Shown here: piece after piece, positions 33,640 to 46,904 of the stretch
Numbering within the stretch: position 1 is the first letter of the stretch
How the letters are laid out: each line of letters starts with the position of its first letter
Origin: Chiloscyllium plagiosum
Taxonomy: Eukaryota
Direction: 5' to 3'
DNA length: 64,000 nucleotides
NCBI RefSeq assembly: GCF_004010195.1
Contig: NC_057718.1
Location: 63,719,905 to 63,783,904 of the forward strand
Position numbers and translations under genes: made by a program
The notes under the pieces: generated by a model
What the model saw: the letters and a program-made list of their open reading frames with translations, nothing else
The model's database searches: none
Told to the model about the DNA's origin: nothing

Positions 33640-35740
33640 TCTGTCTCCCTGACAACAATCTGAAATTAAGTCAGTCTGCTTGCAATCTGCTGTAACATTG
33701 GATCCTGAGATGAACTTCTTACCTTATTTTTGTTCTCTAAGAGCGCATATGTGCATAACATTCTTCAACTTTGCTCCTGTTTTTAGCTTGTCTGCTATGG
33801 AAACTCTCATTAATAATTTTGTTATCTCTAGTTTTGACTGTTCCAGTGCTCTCCTGGCTGATTTCCCATGTTTTAATTTCTGTATATTTGAAGTAATCAA
33901 AAAATCTGCTGCCCATATTAAGTCACACCAGGTCCCATTCATCAATCACCATTGTGCTCACTGACCTACTCAGGCTCCTAACTCTTACACATATTTTTCA
34001 AGTGTCTCCTTCGCCTCACAACAACCTATCTTTGTAATCTCCACCAGTCTAACAATCCTCCAAGGTATCTGTACTCGTCTAATATTGGTCTTTTAAGCAT
34101 CCTCAATTTTAGTTGTTCCACAACTGGTGGCTGTGCTTCATTTATAGAGTCATAGAGTCATAGAGATATATAGCATAGAAACAGACCCTTCGGTCCAACC
34201 CGTCCATGCTGACCAGATATCCCAACCCAATCTAGTCCCACCTGCCAGAGCCTGGCCCATATCCCTCCAAACCCCTCCTATTCATATAACCATCCAAATG
34301 CCTCTTAAATGTTGCAATTGTACCAGCCTCCACCACTTCCTCTGGCAGCTCATTCCATACATGTATCACCCTCTGAGTGAAACAGTTGCCCCTGAGATCT
34401 CTTTTATATCTTTCCCCTCTCACTCTAAATCTATGCCCTCTAGTTCTGGACTCCCCCACCCTGGGGAAAGACTTGGTCTATTTATCCTATCCATGCCCCT
34501 CATAATTTTGTAAACCTCTATAAGGTCACCCCTCAGCCTCTGACACTCCAGGGAAAACAGCCCCAGCCTGTTCAGCCTCTCCCTATAGCTCAAATCCTCC
34601 AACCCTGGCAACTTTCTTGTAAATCTTTTCTGAACCCTTTCAAGTTTCACAACATCTTTCCGATAAGAAGGAAACCAGAACTGTATGCAATATTCCAACA
34701 GTGGCCTAACCAATGTCCTGTACAGCTGCAACATGACCTCCCAACTCCTGAGGAGAAAGTGAGGTCTGCAGATGCTGGAGATCAGAGCTGGAAATGTGTT
34801 GCTGGAAAAGCGCAGCAGGTCAGGCAGCATCCAGGGAACAGGAGAATCGTCGATTCTCCTGTTCCCTGGATGCTGCCTGACCTGCTGCGCTTTTCCAGCA
34901 ACACATTTCCAGCTCCCAACTCCTGTACTCAATACTCTGACCAATAAAGGAAAGCATACCAAACACCTTCTTCACTATCCTATTTACCTATGACTCCACT
35001 TTCAAGGAGCTATGAACCTGCACTCCAAGGTCTCTTTGTTCAGCAACACTCTCTAGGACCTTACCATTAAGTGTAGAAGTCCTGCTAAGATTTGCTTTCC
35101 CAAAATGCAGCACCTCACATTTATCAGAATTAAACTCCATCTGTCTTTTCTCAGCCCATTGGCCCATCTGATCAAGATCCTGTTGTAATCTGAGGTAACC
35201 TTCTTCGCTGTCCACTATACCTCCAATTTTGGTGTCATCTGCAAACTTACTAACTGTACCTCTTATGCTCGCATCCAAATCGTTTATGTAAATGACAAAA
35301 AAATAGAGGACCCAGCACCGATCCTTGTTGTACTCCACTGATCACAGGCCTCAGTCTAAAAAACAACCCTCCACCACCACCCTCTGTCTTCTACCTTTGA
35401 GCCAGTTTTGTATCCACATGGCTAGTTCTCTCTGTATTCCATGAGATCTAACCTTGCTAACCAGTCTCCCATGGGGAACCTTGTCGAACGCCTTACTGAA
35501 GTCCATATAGATCACATCTTCCACTCTGCCCTCATCAATCCTCTAGGAGTTAAACAATGGAATTCTCTGTCTAAACGTTTCTACCTCTTTACTTCAATCT
35601 TCTCCATTAAAACTTTCCACAAACCTACCTCTGTGGTCAAGTTCTTGATTATCTGACTTAATAACGTATTGTGTGGCTTGGTGCCATATCTTGTCTTATA
35701 ATAGCTCCTGTGAAGTACCTTGGAACATTATTATGTTAAG
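33640..35740 (+). mobile_element. L2 LINE 3' relic interrupted by a CR1 (-, about 34145-35540)
   Basis: ETLINNFVISSFDCSSALLA resembles L2 LIHAFVTSRLDYCNSLL; CR1 shows KFADDTKIGG and LEYCIQFW on the minus strand with a (TAGAGTCA)n tail. Confidence 0.75.
34751..34912 (-). mobile_element. Perfect fold-back Penelope-derived mini-element inserted in CR1
   Basis: 13-bp TSD CTCCCAACTCCTG (34738-34750, 34913-34925); identical 65-bp inverted arms 34785-34849 / 34851-34915 with a 1-nt centre. Confidence 0.9.
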
Positions 35741-36174
35741 GAATTCACGGGGTCCCTGACTTACATATATTAATTTTATGAATGCTTACACTTATGAATG
35801 CAATCCATACTGAGTGTAATTTTAAATACACAACATACAAATATCCCATGTACTTATGAATAGCTGTTTTACATTGTGTTTTGACTCATGTACTAATCAA
35901 CTAGTGAATAAACTCCAGAATGGAACATATTTGTATCCCACAGTCTGCCTATCCCCCTGTTTATGACCCCAAAAAATGACTTTTTTGACTAAGCTCTTTT
36001 TATTTCTTTATTTTTAATGTTTGTCATTGCTTACTTGCCATCATACTTTTAACTTAACTTCAAAAATACCTCAGTTAATTGACCCCTCTTGTCTCCATTT
36101 GGTTTGTTTCAATTTTGTTTAAAGTTTAGTTTATGACTTTAACACATCACTCACAAACTTGATATGATTAGCAA

Positions 36175-36592
36175 CACATCCGCAAACATTCACTTCCTCC
36201 ATCCAGGAATACATCCACTACACTCAGTAGCAACAAGGTGCACCATGTCCAAGATCACCTGCAGAAATTCACCAAACATCCTTCCACAGCACCTTCAGAA
36301 CCTAAGATCACGTCTATCTGGAAAGACAAGGACGACAGAAACTTGGGAACACCACCATCTCCAGGTCTCTTCAAGTCATCTTCACTTAGAAATATATCAC
36401 CATTCCTTCAGTGTCATTGGGTTAAAATCTTGGAATTCCCCCCCTAACAGCATTGTGGGTCTACCAGTGCCTAATACACTGCAGTGGTTTTAAGAAGACA
36501 CACCACCACCTCTTCAAGGACAACTAGGGATAACCGATAAATACTGGCTAAGCCAGTGAATGCCCACATCTCACGAAGGAATTTTTTAAAAA
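36175..36592 (+). mobile_element. CR1-type LINE 3' fragment (third family)
   Basis: FSVIGLKSWNSPPNSIVG; tail GCCCACATC...GAATTTTTTAAAA. Confidence 0.7.
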
Positions 36593-36704
36593 TTCTATGA
36601 GATTATGATCACTGTTTGAGATCTTTTCCTGTAAGATCACTAAATGATTCTATCTCATTACACAATAACATAAAATAAAATGGCCTGTTCCCTTACAGTA
36701 AGAG

Positions 36705-36990
36705 GGTGGTTAGAACTGCTGCCTCACAGGCGCCAATGACCTGGGTTTGATTCTGGCCTCAGGCGACTGTCTGTGTGGAGTTTGCATATTCTCCCTGTGT
36801 CTACGTGGGTTTCCTCTGGGTACTCTGGTTTCCTCCCACATTTCAAGAGATGTGCAGGTCAGATGAATTGGCCATAGTGTTAGGTGTATTAGTCAGGGGT
36901 AAATGTAGTCTGGGCAGTTTACTCTTCGGAGGGTTGGTGTGGCCTTGTTGGGCTAAAGGGCCTGCCTCCACACTGTAGGTAATCTAATCG
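36705..36990 (+). mobile_element. HE1-type V-SINE
   Basis: Same head, central and tail motifs as the 26170 copy. Confidence 0.85.
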
Positions 36991-37486
36991 AAAAGAGAAT
37001 CTAACTTTTTCTGAAACGTCTCAGGTTTTTCACCACTCCATGTGGAAATTCATTTCACACTTTGCTCACTCTTGAGTTAATTGGAATTTGACAGAGCAAT
37101 TCTGAAGTTTGATATTCCTAGTTCAAACATGTCTGTCGTTATGATCTGTGTAGAGACAGATAACATTTTAAATATAAATTAAACATTCCAGTTAATGGGT
37201 AAGAGGATGAAATGACACATTTAGACATTTCAAGGCCTTTCTTTTTACTGACAAAACAGATAAAAGCCATTACTGACTGAACATAATATGCATAGATATA
37301 TAATTTAAACCACAAAATTGAATATTCCCCTTTTTCTCAATCAATACTAGCTTTCATAGATATAATAATTATAATGTCTTCAGTAGGCATTGAAGTCTTC
37401 TGGAACCAGTCCAAGGTGAATCTTAGTTCCCAAGAGTTATCTTATGCTTTTTCCTTTCTTAGCCTTAAGACGGTATGGTGGCTCAG

Positions 37487-37818
37487 GGGTGGCATGGTGG
37501 CTTAGTGGTTAGCACTGCTGCCTCACAGTGCCAGGGACCTGGGTTCGATTCTAGCCTTGGGCAACTGTCTATGTGGAGCTTGCACATTCTTCTCGTGTCT
37601 GTTTGGGTTTCCTCGAGGTGCTCCGATTTCCTCCAGGTTAGGTGAATTGGCCATAGTAAAATTGCCCATAGTGTTCAGGGATGTGTAAGTTAGGTTCATT
37701 AGCCAGGGGTAGATGTGGAGTAATAAGGTAGGGAAATGGGTTTGGGTGGGATACTCTTTGGAGGGTTGGTGTGGACTTGTTGGGCTGATGGGACTGTTTC
37801 CATACTGTAGAGACTCTA
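37487..37818 (+). mobile_element. HE1-type V-SINE with duplicated head
   Basis: GGCATGGTGGCTTAGTGGTTAGCACTGCTGCC...GGTTCGATTC; partial extra head at about 37468-37486. Confidence 0.85.
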
Positions 37819-39005
37819 TTAAAGCCTGGGAACATTCAATCTCAGAAATGTCTTTTACTGGAGTTTTCCTTTTTACTCAAGATTCTTCTTCACTAGATGA
37901 ATCTTCCAGCCTCATTTGACCTTCTGCAAAATTTGACATTTTGCATCTGAGCATGTTCTTCTACCTGCATTCCTGTGAGGTTCCTATGTCTTTCCAGAGA
38001 GTCAGCAGAAAACGGTGCACCACCAGATTGAGGTAGCCTGATCCAAGGTTATCACTGATGTCAGTGCTGTATCTACAATCTACTTGCAGAAGAGGAAGGA
38101 TTACTCCTGTGGGGATGCTGAAACACCCATGTCTCAGCTACTGAGTAAATAGCACTTTCATTTCATTTAAATTCTCATTTTAACACAGCTATTAGTGTCA
38201 CTCATTACACAACACCATTGGACATGACATTTTCTCTCCCTTGTATCTTGAAGCTGACAACGGAAAAATGAGTTGTTTTCCCAAAAGGCAATGCCATGAC
38301 CTCCACGGAAGAGAGTTCCAAGGCCTCAGAACATGCATTGGCAGGATTGCCTCCTGCAACTCCATCAGCTTTCTTCAAAAGTAGATCTCACACTCCTCCA
38401 TATTAATTTCCTTCTGTTGTCTTGTTTCCCATTCACTTTATCCCTTTACAAATTCTTTGATACTTCCTTGTAGTTTACATTATTGTCTAACTTTGTATTA
38501 TCAAGCAAACTTAGTTCTACTACTTTCAGTCTTTTCTTCTCAACCATTAATAAAGATTATAAATAGCTCAAGCACCAGCACTGATCTCTGCGGTACTCCA
38601 CTTGTTACAATTTGCTATCTTAAAAATGCACTATTTGTCCTCACGTTCTGGTTCCTATCTGTTAACAAATCACCCATACATGCTAATATGTTGCTCTACA
38701 GTGCATGGGCTCTTAGCTAACACATTAACATTTTGTGTGTCATTTTATCAGACATCTTTTGAAAATTCAAGTGTACAGTATTCACAGGTTCCCATTTAAC
38801 CATCTTGCTGTTGCTCCCTTTCTTCCTTCTGGGTATGCTGGGATTGGGAAAGTGACAGTTTTTGGGTGGCTAAGAACAGGGGTTGGAATCGGTTTGAATG
38901 CAAAAATTCCACAGCCATGCCATTTGCAATATGCTTTCTAGGCAGATAGCAGCATGAGCATGAGCTGGAAGTTGAGGAGGACATAAAGCAGTAACATGCC
39001 ATTAC

Positions 39006-39154
39006 CCTGAATCATTTCAGTGATTTCAGACATCCCAGCCTCTGTCGCAGCTGGCAGTATGATACAGTAAATTATCTCCTTTGAAGGAATAAGAAAATAT
39101 GGATATCCTTGACCCTCACCATTTCTGTTCTGTCTTGTTATGGACCAGCTTGTC
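39006..39154 (-). pseudogene. Decayed exon of a Harbinger-type Myb/SANT accessory gene
   Basis: TTTCTCTCCTAG acceptor, DKLVHNKTEQK then frameshifted GEGQGYPYFLIPSKE..., CAGG|GTAATG donor; resembles the K..HN..E..TGGG...LTP.EE motif of Harbinger Myb/SANT proteins. Confidence 0.45.
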
Positions 39155-39477
39155 CTAGGAGAGAAAGGGAAAAGTATCAGCAATTGTGCTGCACAGTATT
39201 AGAGTGATGTGTTTGGCACAGCTGAAGACCTGGAGATATATTGAAGCAATGGTAAGGGGATATATGATAGGCATAATTGGGATGTGTATTAAGATGTGGT
39301 GGAGTTCTAGATGGTATGCCCGTATCCTGGCAGCCAGGAAGTGTTTCTGGGTAAGTGATAGATGTGTGGTGCATTTGGAAGCCTTATTATTGGGGTGATA
39401 GACAATTGACATCATTTGACAATGCAGTCACTCAGCTTGAGTACCGACATGTGCCATTAAACGTTTTGTGAAACTAC

Positions 39478-39565
39478 TGTCTGAATAAGGGTTACACCCG
39501 AAATGTCGACTTCTGCACATCCTGATGCTGCCTGGCTTGTTGTGTTCTTCCAGCCTCCTGCCAGG
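39478..39565 (+). mobile_element. Short Penelope-derived fragment with degenerate hammerhead-like core
   Basis: CTGAATA-A-GGGT-TAC-ACCC-GAAATGTCGAC followed by GATGCTGCCTGGCTTG...TTCCAGC. Confidence 0.6.
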
Positions 39566-40685
39566 TCTTTGGGACCAGGTTTCAAGAATTAACTGCTCTG
39601 GCCAACCGTTCCCATTTTCTACTTTCTGCCCATCTTCTTGTACCTACATTCACCACTAAGGTCTCTGACATTGCATCTACGAAACTGACAGTGCTGTCTC
39701 TGCCACGTTATTCCATTTTCCTTGATCAAAAATGTAGCAAAAGCATTCCACACTAGTTCTTTTATGATTCAGTGAGCTTTCTTTAAGTGGGGAAAGTTAC
39801 ACTCACGATCAGCAGACTGGATGAATTAAGTACTCCATGTGAATGCTGCTCAGACCTGTACTGAGTGATCAGGCAGTCAGTCATGTTGGTTGGGAGCTAA
39901 TGTCACAAACAAGTAAATAAGGCAGTACCAAGTTTCTATTTGGCCTGCATCATGTCAACAAAAAGCAATAGATTGCAAAGCATAGACCTGTACACAAAAA
40001 GTGTTGTGATCCAACTTTTAGCTCTTTTTCTTGATTTATCTAAATCTTAATTCTTAAGCCAGTGTTCAGTACAGCAGGATACATGCCAATGTCTTACAAT
40101 ATTCGAAGTTTATGTAACTGAGGTGTTGACTTTAGAAGGCCTTGTGGCACAGTGAGTAGCCCATGCTACCTCTGAGTCAGAAACTCCAGTTTCGAGGCCA
40201 GCTCTCAGACTTGGTGACCAAAAAAAGTCATTCATAATTCAGGCATACAGCTTGAATATCAACCTGTAATTCCTTCTAACACATGTTTTTGATAGAGGGT
40301 ACAGGAAAGATTTCTGGTTAGCTATGTGATAGAAAGAACATTGGAGCCTCTATCATCACTATGCATAGCTCCAAACTACAACATACATGTAAAAGTTATT
40401 TGGGCTCCCCGAATGAACTGTGTTATGACTAGTCCCAGGGTGAAGTTCCCCAATTTGTTATGGTTCTGTACATGATACCCCAAAACGTTAAGCTCTTGGT
40501 TGAGGAGGGATTAACTGGTTCCCCTTCTTTTATTCACACAACCCTCTCAGTTGGTTGCAACAAGATTACTTTATAACAGATCCCTTTCCTCATGATATCT
40601 CACTCCCAGAACCAAATTAATTTCTTTTTTGAATGGAGCCAATTTAATCAGTTTTCTTGAATTAACATATATAGTCGGTGTGTTA

Positions 40686-42020
40686 GTCATAGAGTCATAG
40701 AGATGTACAGCATGGAAACAGATCTTTTGGTCTCAACCTCTCCATGCCGACCAGATATCCTAACCCAATCTAGTCCCACCTGCCAGCACCCGACCCATAT
40801 CCCTTCAAACCTTTCCTATTCATATACCCATCCAAATGCCTCTTAAATGTTGTAATTGTACCAGCCTCCACCACTTCCTCTGGCAGCTCATTCCATACAC
40901 CCTCTGTGTGAAAACGTTGCCCTGTAGGTCTCTTTTATATCTTTCCCCTCTCACCATAAACCTATGCCCTCTAGTTCTGGACTCCCCGACCCCAGGGGAA
41001 AGACTTTGTCTATTTACCCTATCCATGCCCCTCATAATTTTGTAAACCTCTATAAGGTCACCCCTCAGCCTCCAACGCTCCAGGGAAAACAGCCCCATCC
41101 TGCTCAGCCTCTCCCTATACTCAAATCCTCCAACCCTGGCAACATTCTTGTAAATCTTTTCTGAACCCTTTCAAGTTTCACAACATCTTTCTGATAAGCA
41201 ATATTCCAACCGTGGCCTAACCAATGTCCTGTATAGCCGCAACTCCTGTACTCAATACTCTGACCAATAAAGGAAAGCATACCAAATGTCTTCTTCACTA
41301 TCCTATCTACCTGCGACTCCACTTTCAAGGAGCTATGAACCTGCACTACTAGGTCTCTTTGTTCAGCAACACTCCTTAGTATCTCCACAACTTTTCATCA
41401 TTTACATAAATGATTTGGATGTGAGCATAAGAGGTATAGTTAGTAAGTTTGCCGATGACACCAAAATTGTAGGTGTAGTGGACAGTGAAGAGGGCTACCT
41501 CAGATTACATAGGGATCTTGATCAGATGAGCCAATGGGCTGAGAAGTGGCAGATGGAGGTTAATTTAGATAAATGCGAGATGCTGCATTTTGGGAAAGCA
41601 AATCTTAGTAGGACTTATACACTTAATGGTAAGGTCCTAGGGAGTGTTGCTGAACAAAGAGACCTTGGAGTGCAGGTTCATAGATCTTTGAAAGTGGAGT
41701 CGCAGGTAGATAGGATAATGAAGTAGGCGTTTGGTATGCTTTTCTTTATTGGTCAGAGTATTGAGTACAGGAGTTGGGAGTTCATGTTGTGGCTGTTCAG
41801 GACATTGGCTAGGCCACTGTTGGAACACTGTGTGCAGTTCTGGTCTCCTCCTATCAGAAGGATGTTGTGAAACTTGAAAGGGTTCAGAAAAGATTTACAA
41901 AGATGTTGCCAGGTTTGGAGGATTTGAGCTAACGGGAGAGGTTGAATAGGATATCTGGTCAGCATGGACAAGTTGGTTCGAAGAGTCTGTTTCCATGCTG
42001 TACATCTCTATGACTCTATG
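40686..42020. mobile_element. Two head-to-head CR1/HER1 3' fragments (- 40686-41375; + 41385-42020)
   Basis: Both carry (TAGAGTCA)/(TGACTCTA) tails pointing outward; KFADDTKIVG on the plus arm. Confidence 0.85.
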
Positions 42021-42029
42021 ATGAGGTAA

Positions 42030-43690
42030 CAAGCAGGATAGATAAATGGGAAGCAGTGGACGTAATATATTTGGATTTTTAGGAGGCATTTGATAAGGTT
42101 CTGTGCAGTATTCTTCTTAAGAAAATTATCCCATGGTGATGGAGTTAGTACAGTAGCATGGATAGAGGATTATCTAACTATTAGAAGTTAGAGAGTTGGG
42201 ATGGGGGGGTGCACATTTTCAGGATGGGAACTTGTAACTAGTGGTGTCTTACAGGGATTAATGCTGGGGCCATTATTATTTACAATAATGGGGATAAGGA
42301 AAGTGAAAACAGCCAAGTTTGTGGATGACACAAAAATAGGTATGAAAGCAAGTGGTGAGGATGAGACAAAGAGTCTTCAGAGTGATAATAAACAGTTACC
42401 TGAGTGGTCAAAAACCTGGTGATGTTCCATAATGTAAGGAAATATGAGATTATGCACTTTTGCAGGGAAAGTAGAGGAGTTGAATGTTATTTATATGGAA
42501 AAGACTGCAGAAAGCTACAAAACAGAGGGATTTGGGAGTCTTCATCCATGACTCACAATATGTTAGCCTCTAACTTCAGCAAGTATTGGGGGGGGGGGGG
42601 GGCAAATGGAATGTTGGCCTTTATTTCAAAGGGCATGGAGTATAAAAATAAGGAGGGTTTTCTGAAAGGCACTAGCGAGACCACAGCTGGAATACTGTGA
42701 ACAGTTTGGGCCTTTTATCTAAGGAAAGGTATACTTGCATTGACAACAGTCCACAGAAGGTTCACTCGGATGATAGGAGTATGGAGTATGGAGAGGCTGT
42801 CTTATGAAGACAGGTTGAGCAAATTGCATGTATACTCATCAGAATATAAAAGACTGAGAAATGACCTTATTGAAGTGTATGAGATTAGAGTTATTGAATT
42901 ATAGAGATGTACTGCATGGAAACAGACTATTTGGGTCCAACTCATCCATGGATGTTCTAAATCAAACTAGTCCCACTTGCCAGCATCTGGCCCATATCCC
43001 TCTAAACCCTTTCTATTCATGTACCCATCTGGATGCCTTTTAAATGGTGTAATTGTACCAGTCTCCACCACATCATCTGGCAGTTCCTTCTCTATATGCA
43101 CCACCCTTTGCATGACAAAGTTGCCCCTTAGGTCCCTTTTAAATCTTTCCCCTCTCACCCTAAACCTATGCCCTCTAGTACTGGACTCCCCCAACCCAGG
43201 GAAACGATCTTGTCTATTTATCCTATCCATGCCCCTCATGACTTTGTAAACCTCTACAAGGTCAAACCTCAGCCTCCGATGGTCCAGGGAAAACAGCCCC
43301 AGCCTATTTAGCCTCACCCTGTAGCTCAAACCCTTCTTAGAGGATTTGACAGGGTAGTTGTGGAAAGGTTGTTTTCCCCTTATGGAAGAGTGTTGAACCA
43401 GAGAGCATAATCTCAGAATAAGGGTTTGCACATTGAAGATAAGATGAGTAACAATTCCTTTTCACGGAGAGCTATGAATTCATGAGATTCTTTACCACAG
43501 AAGGTTGTAGAGGCTGGGTCATTAAGTATATTCAAGGCTGAGATTGACAAATTATCAAGAAATTGAAACAAGAGTTATGGAGAAAAGGCTAGAAAGTTGA
43601 GTCATGGATGGTCAGATCAGTCATTGAATAGCAGATGGATTTGATGGGCTGAATGGCCTACTTCTACTGCTATGTCTTATGGTCTTATGA
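42030..43690 (+). mobile_element. CR1 LINE relic with nested CR1/HER1 (-, about 42885-43335)
   Basis: VTSGVLQGLMLGPLLF, KFVDDTKIG; tail CTATGTCTTATGGTCTTATG; nested copy RGHRFRVRGERFKRDLRG. Confidence 0.85.
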
Positions 43691-44588
43691 TCTTCCAGAC
43701 CATGCATTTCTGAAATCTGGCCAAATGCACTTTGTATTAATCAAACAACAAGATGAACAGAATGTGATTTCTGCTTTGTTCATCATCCTTCTTCAGCCAT
43801 ATACTATTCTCCAGCTTGCATACGAATGATCTAAATATGACAAGTAAACTTAATTAATTATTAGAAAAGGAGTACGGGAATTCAAATTCTATGTTCACTA
43901 AGGATAAAACCAAACTGGGCCATTCAGCATCAAGAACCAGAAACAACAATCGTACACATTGCCCAGGTAGTTCTGCACATTCTCCTTTAATACAAGTTCT
44001 CCTTTAAACCAATATTGGGAGAGCTGTTCAGAGATAAGTCAAGTAACAGCCTGACATAATCATATGCACCAAATAATACATTACAGCTGAGATACAACCG
44101 TCAGTTTCTCTGGGTATTCTCTGTCCCACTGGAAGGACACAGCCACCCGGAGTCGAAGCATGGTAATAATGGGTGGGGAGGGAATGCCCTTTGGAGTCCT
44201 CAACCTTGAAATCCAGGAAATACCTGGAGTCCTCAACCAGGAAACACCCTGCTGACACCATACATAAACATTGAGGGTTAGCAAGGATTTTGACTGTACT
44301 CTGGGTGGGAGATTTTAGTGTCCACCACTTTGCAGTACTGCTGCAGACTGAGCAGGTCAAATCCTTAAGAATATATCTGATGGGTTGAACACATGTGGTG
44401 CATGTTGACAAACCAACAAAAAGGAAAAACATACTTGATCTCATCCCCACGATCTGCCTGCTGCTGATGCATCCGTCTGTGACAGTAATGGTAGGAATGA
44501 CCACCACATAATCCTTGTGGAGACCAACCCCATCATTCGACTGAAGACACCTTCCATTGTATTCTGTGACACTACCATGTTTTAAATA

Positions 44589-44731
44589 TTCTCTGTCCTA
44601 TTGACTATCACCTGATGAAGGAGTGTCGCTCCGTAAGCTAGTGTGCTTCCAATTAAACCTATTGGACTATAACCTGGTGTTGTGTGATTTTAAACTTTGT
44701 ACACCCCAGTCCAACACCGGCATCTCCAAAT
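44589..44731 (+). mobile_element. Penelope-like terminal repeat fragment
   Basis: 13-bp TSD CATGTTTTAAATA (44576-44588, 44732-44744); CTGATGA-A-GGAG...CTCC-GTAA (GAAA mutated). Confidence 0.8.
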
Positions 44732-46260
44732 CATGTTTTAAATAAGTATCTTTATTCAACTGTCATTAGCAAGATATCATTAATATCAGTGTGATTATTG
44801 CACCTGAAATTCTGTTTAAAACACAATGTCATTTTTTAAACTGGCTGTAACAAATCATCACATTCAATTTTTAAAATCCAGAAGGCATTTTCAAACAAAG
44901 AGATACACTTCATTTTATAAGGTTGACCTAACAAAGATATGCCTCAGGTTGTCACAAATACTTGCATTACTTCCACCACTGTGGGACCCTGTGCAAACTC
45001 CCAACTTTTCCAACTTGACATCCTCTACTTAGATTCTCTCATTTCCTACTAATTTGTTTTGGCTCTTGAGTCACATTCACTAATAGTTGTATTCCACCTG
45101 AAATACAGACATAGGGTTATCTCCAACAAGATACACAGCTTTGAACGCTGTCTTGCTCTAAAGATTGCCTTTAAGTAGTCTGGTAGGATCTGGTAGTGGA
45201 TCTTGTCCAGTCACAAGCCATCAGTTTCTCTGGGTATTCTCTGTCCCATTGGCAGGACACAGCCATTTGGATTGAAGCATGGTAATAACGGGTGGGGAGG
45301 GAACGCCCTTTGGAGTCCTCAACATTGACTCCTGACTTCATGAAGTCATATGGCATCAGGAAACATCCTGCTGACACCATACATAAACACTAAGGGGTGG
45401 GAGGATTTCAAATGTACTCTGGGTGGGAGGTTTTAGTGTCCTGCCTGGCTTCAGCTCTCTGCTCTTTCTAACTGGATAATACTCAGTAACACAGTCTTTG
45501 GTCTCATCTCAAAAACTTGCTTCAATACCAGGATCTGTTTGAAGACTATTGGAAGGAACATTGCTGTTGCCTCTTTGAATGAATTGATAGTTCATCCTGA
45601 ACTGTTGAACAAAGAACACATTAAATTGATTTCACTGCAGTTAATTTTCCAAATATCCTTTGCTTCTTAGCTATTCTGTTCTTCTCGTGGCAACCCCAGG
45701 TTAAATGGCCATTTCTTAGGACCTAATAATGTCAACAAATAACCCTTTTGTAAAATCATCCTAGTCATCCAATTCATCCCAGTCTTGAAAGAGGCATGTA
45801 CAAAGAGAAATTACATAGTTTTTCCAAAGCAAATGGGTAATTTGTACACATTTTATTTGAGTGTTACTATAAATATTATGAAAGTGACTTTGATTCAAAA
45901 CAGGTTTTTTGAGTTGACTTAAGGATGCAAAATGTCAGCAATATACTTGCCACTTTGTAACATCCATTGTTAGCAGGTGAAATAGCATGGTCATACAAAT
46001 CAATAATATTAAGTGTTATCTCCTTCCTAACCTTGAGTAGTTTACAGCATTCAAACTTTAATGGTACTACATCTACTTTTGGATCTATGAAACTCTGTCT
46101 CCAATTCTCTTCCTTTTAATTTGTTAACAAAATTAATGGTCTCTATGTTATCCTAACCACACTGGGCAGGACAGAGCCAGGTGATATTTATGCAATTGAA
46201 TCCCAATTTGTTGGGGGTGCAGTTGCTACAAAGCCACAGAGTGATGGGACACTAATTAAT

Positions 46261-46530
46261 TTCCCACAGATGTGGGCCATCCTTGACTAGACAGGTATGA
46301 CAATTAAGACTCACCAAAGATTACCCAGAACTATTCATCAATAACAAAGATGTCCACACTACCAGTGTGTAGCCCCATAAAAATCTTTATTCAAACGTAG
46401 ACAAGATTTCCAGGGCTGTTCAGGGAGAAGGAATACCATTTAAAATGGGGTTGATGATACTTGTTAGCCAGAACTCAGTTGCCGTATAACAACCAAAAGT
46501 ATTATTGAGCAAACCATTGGCATGCTGAAG
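46261..46530 (+). pseudogene. PIF/Harbinger (HARBI1-like) DDE transposase relic
   Basis: Collinear broken motifs FPQMWAILD*T (FPxVxGxIDCT), PELFINNKDVH (FINRKGFH), TRFPG (ARFPGS), a GDKGYPL..WLM-like stretch and TTKSIIEQTIGMLK (TR..IE.TIG.LK). Confidence 0.65.
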
Positions 46531-46904
46531 ATATATGTCAGGGCCCCCCAAAATGATGCTGCCACTTGCATCTATGTAGGGATTGGCACTGTCTTTGGGT
46601 CACAAGGCAATATGTGGGATACTGATTGAGAAAAGGAAAGAATAGCTGAGACTTGGAAGTTCCCACTTCTATGTTCCTTTTCACTATATATCCTCTTATG
46701 GCCCACTAACTTAGTCTTACTAGCAAAAGGTTGGAGAGCATCTTACTGCAGATCAACGAGGTGATTAACTGCTCAGACAAAGATATTATCCCTCCTATTT
46801 AAAATGGCATTCATAATATGGCAACCATTTGTGAAGACTGAACGCATTTATTTGACTGTTGTGCATGATGATTAATGCAGCTGGTTGCAGGAATATGTAG
46901 AGTT

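Noticed and set aside
34785..34915. Hairpins as microRNA precursors
   Set aside because: Fully explained as TSD-flanked transposon fold-backs; no expression evidence.
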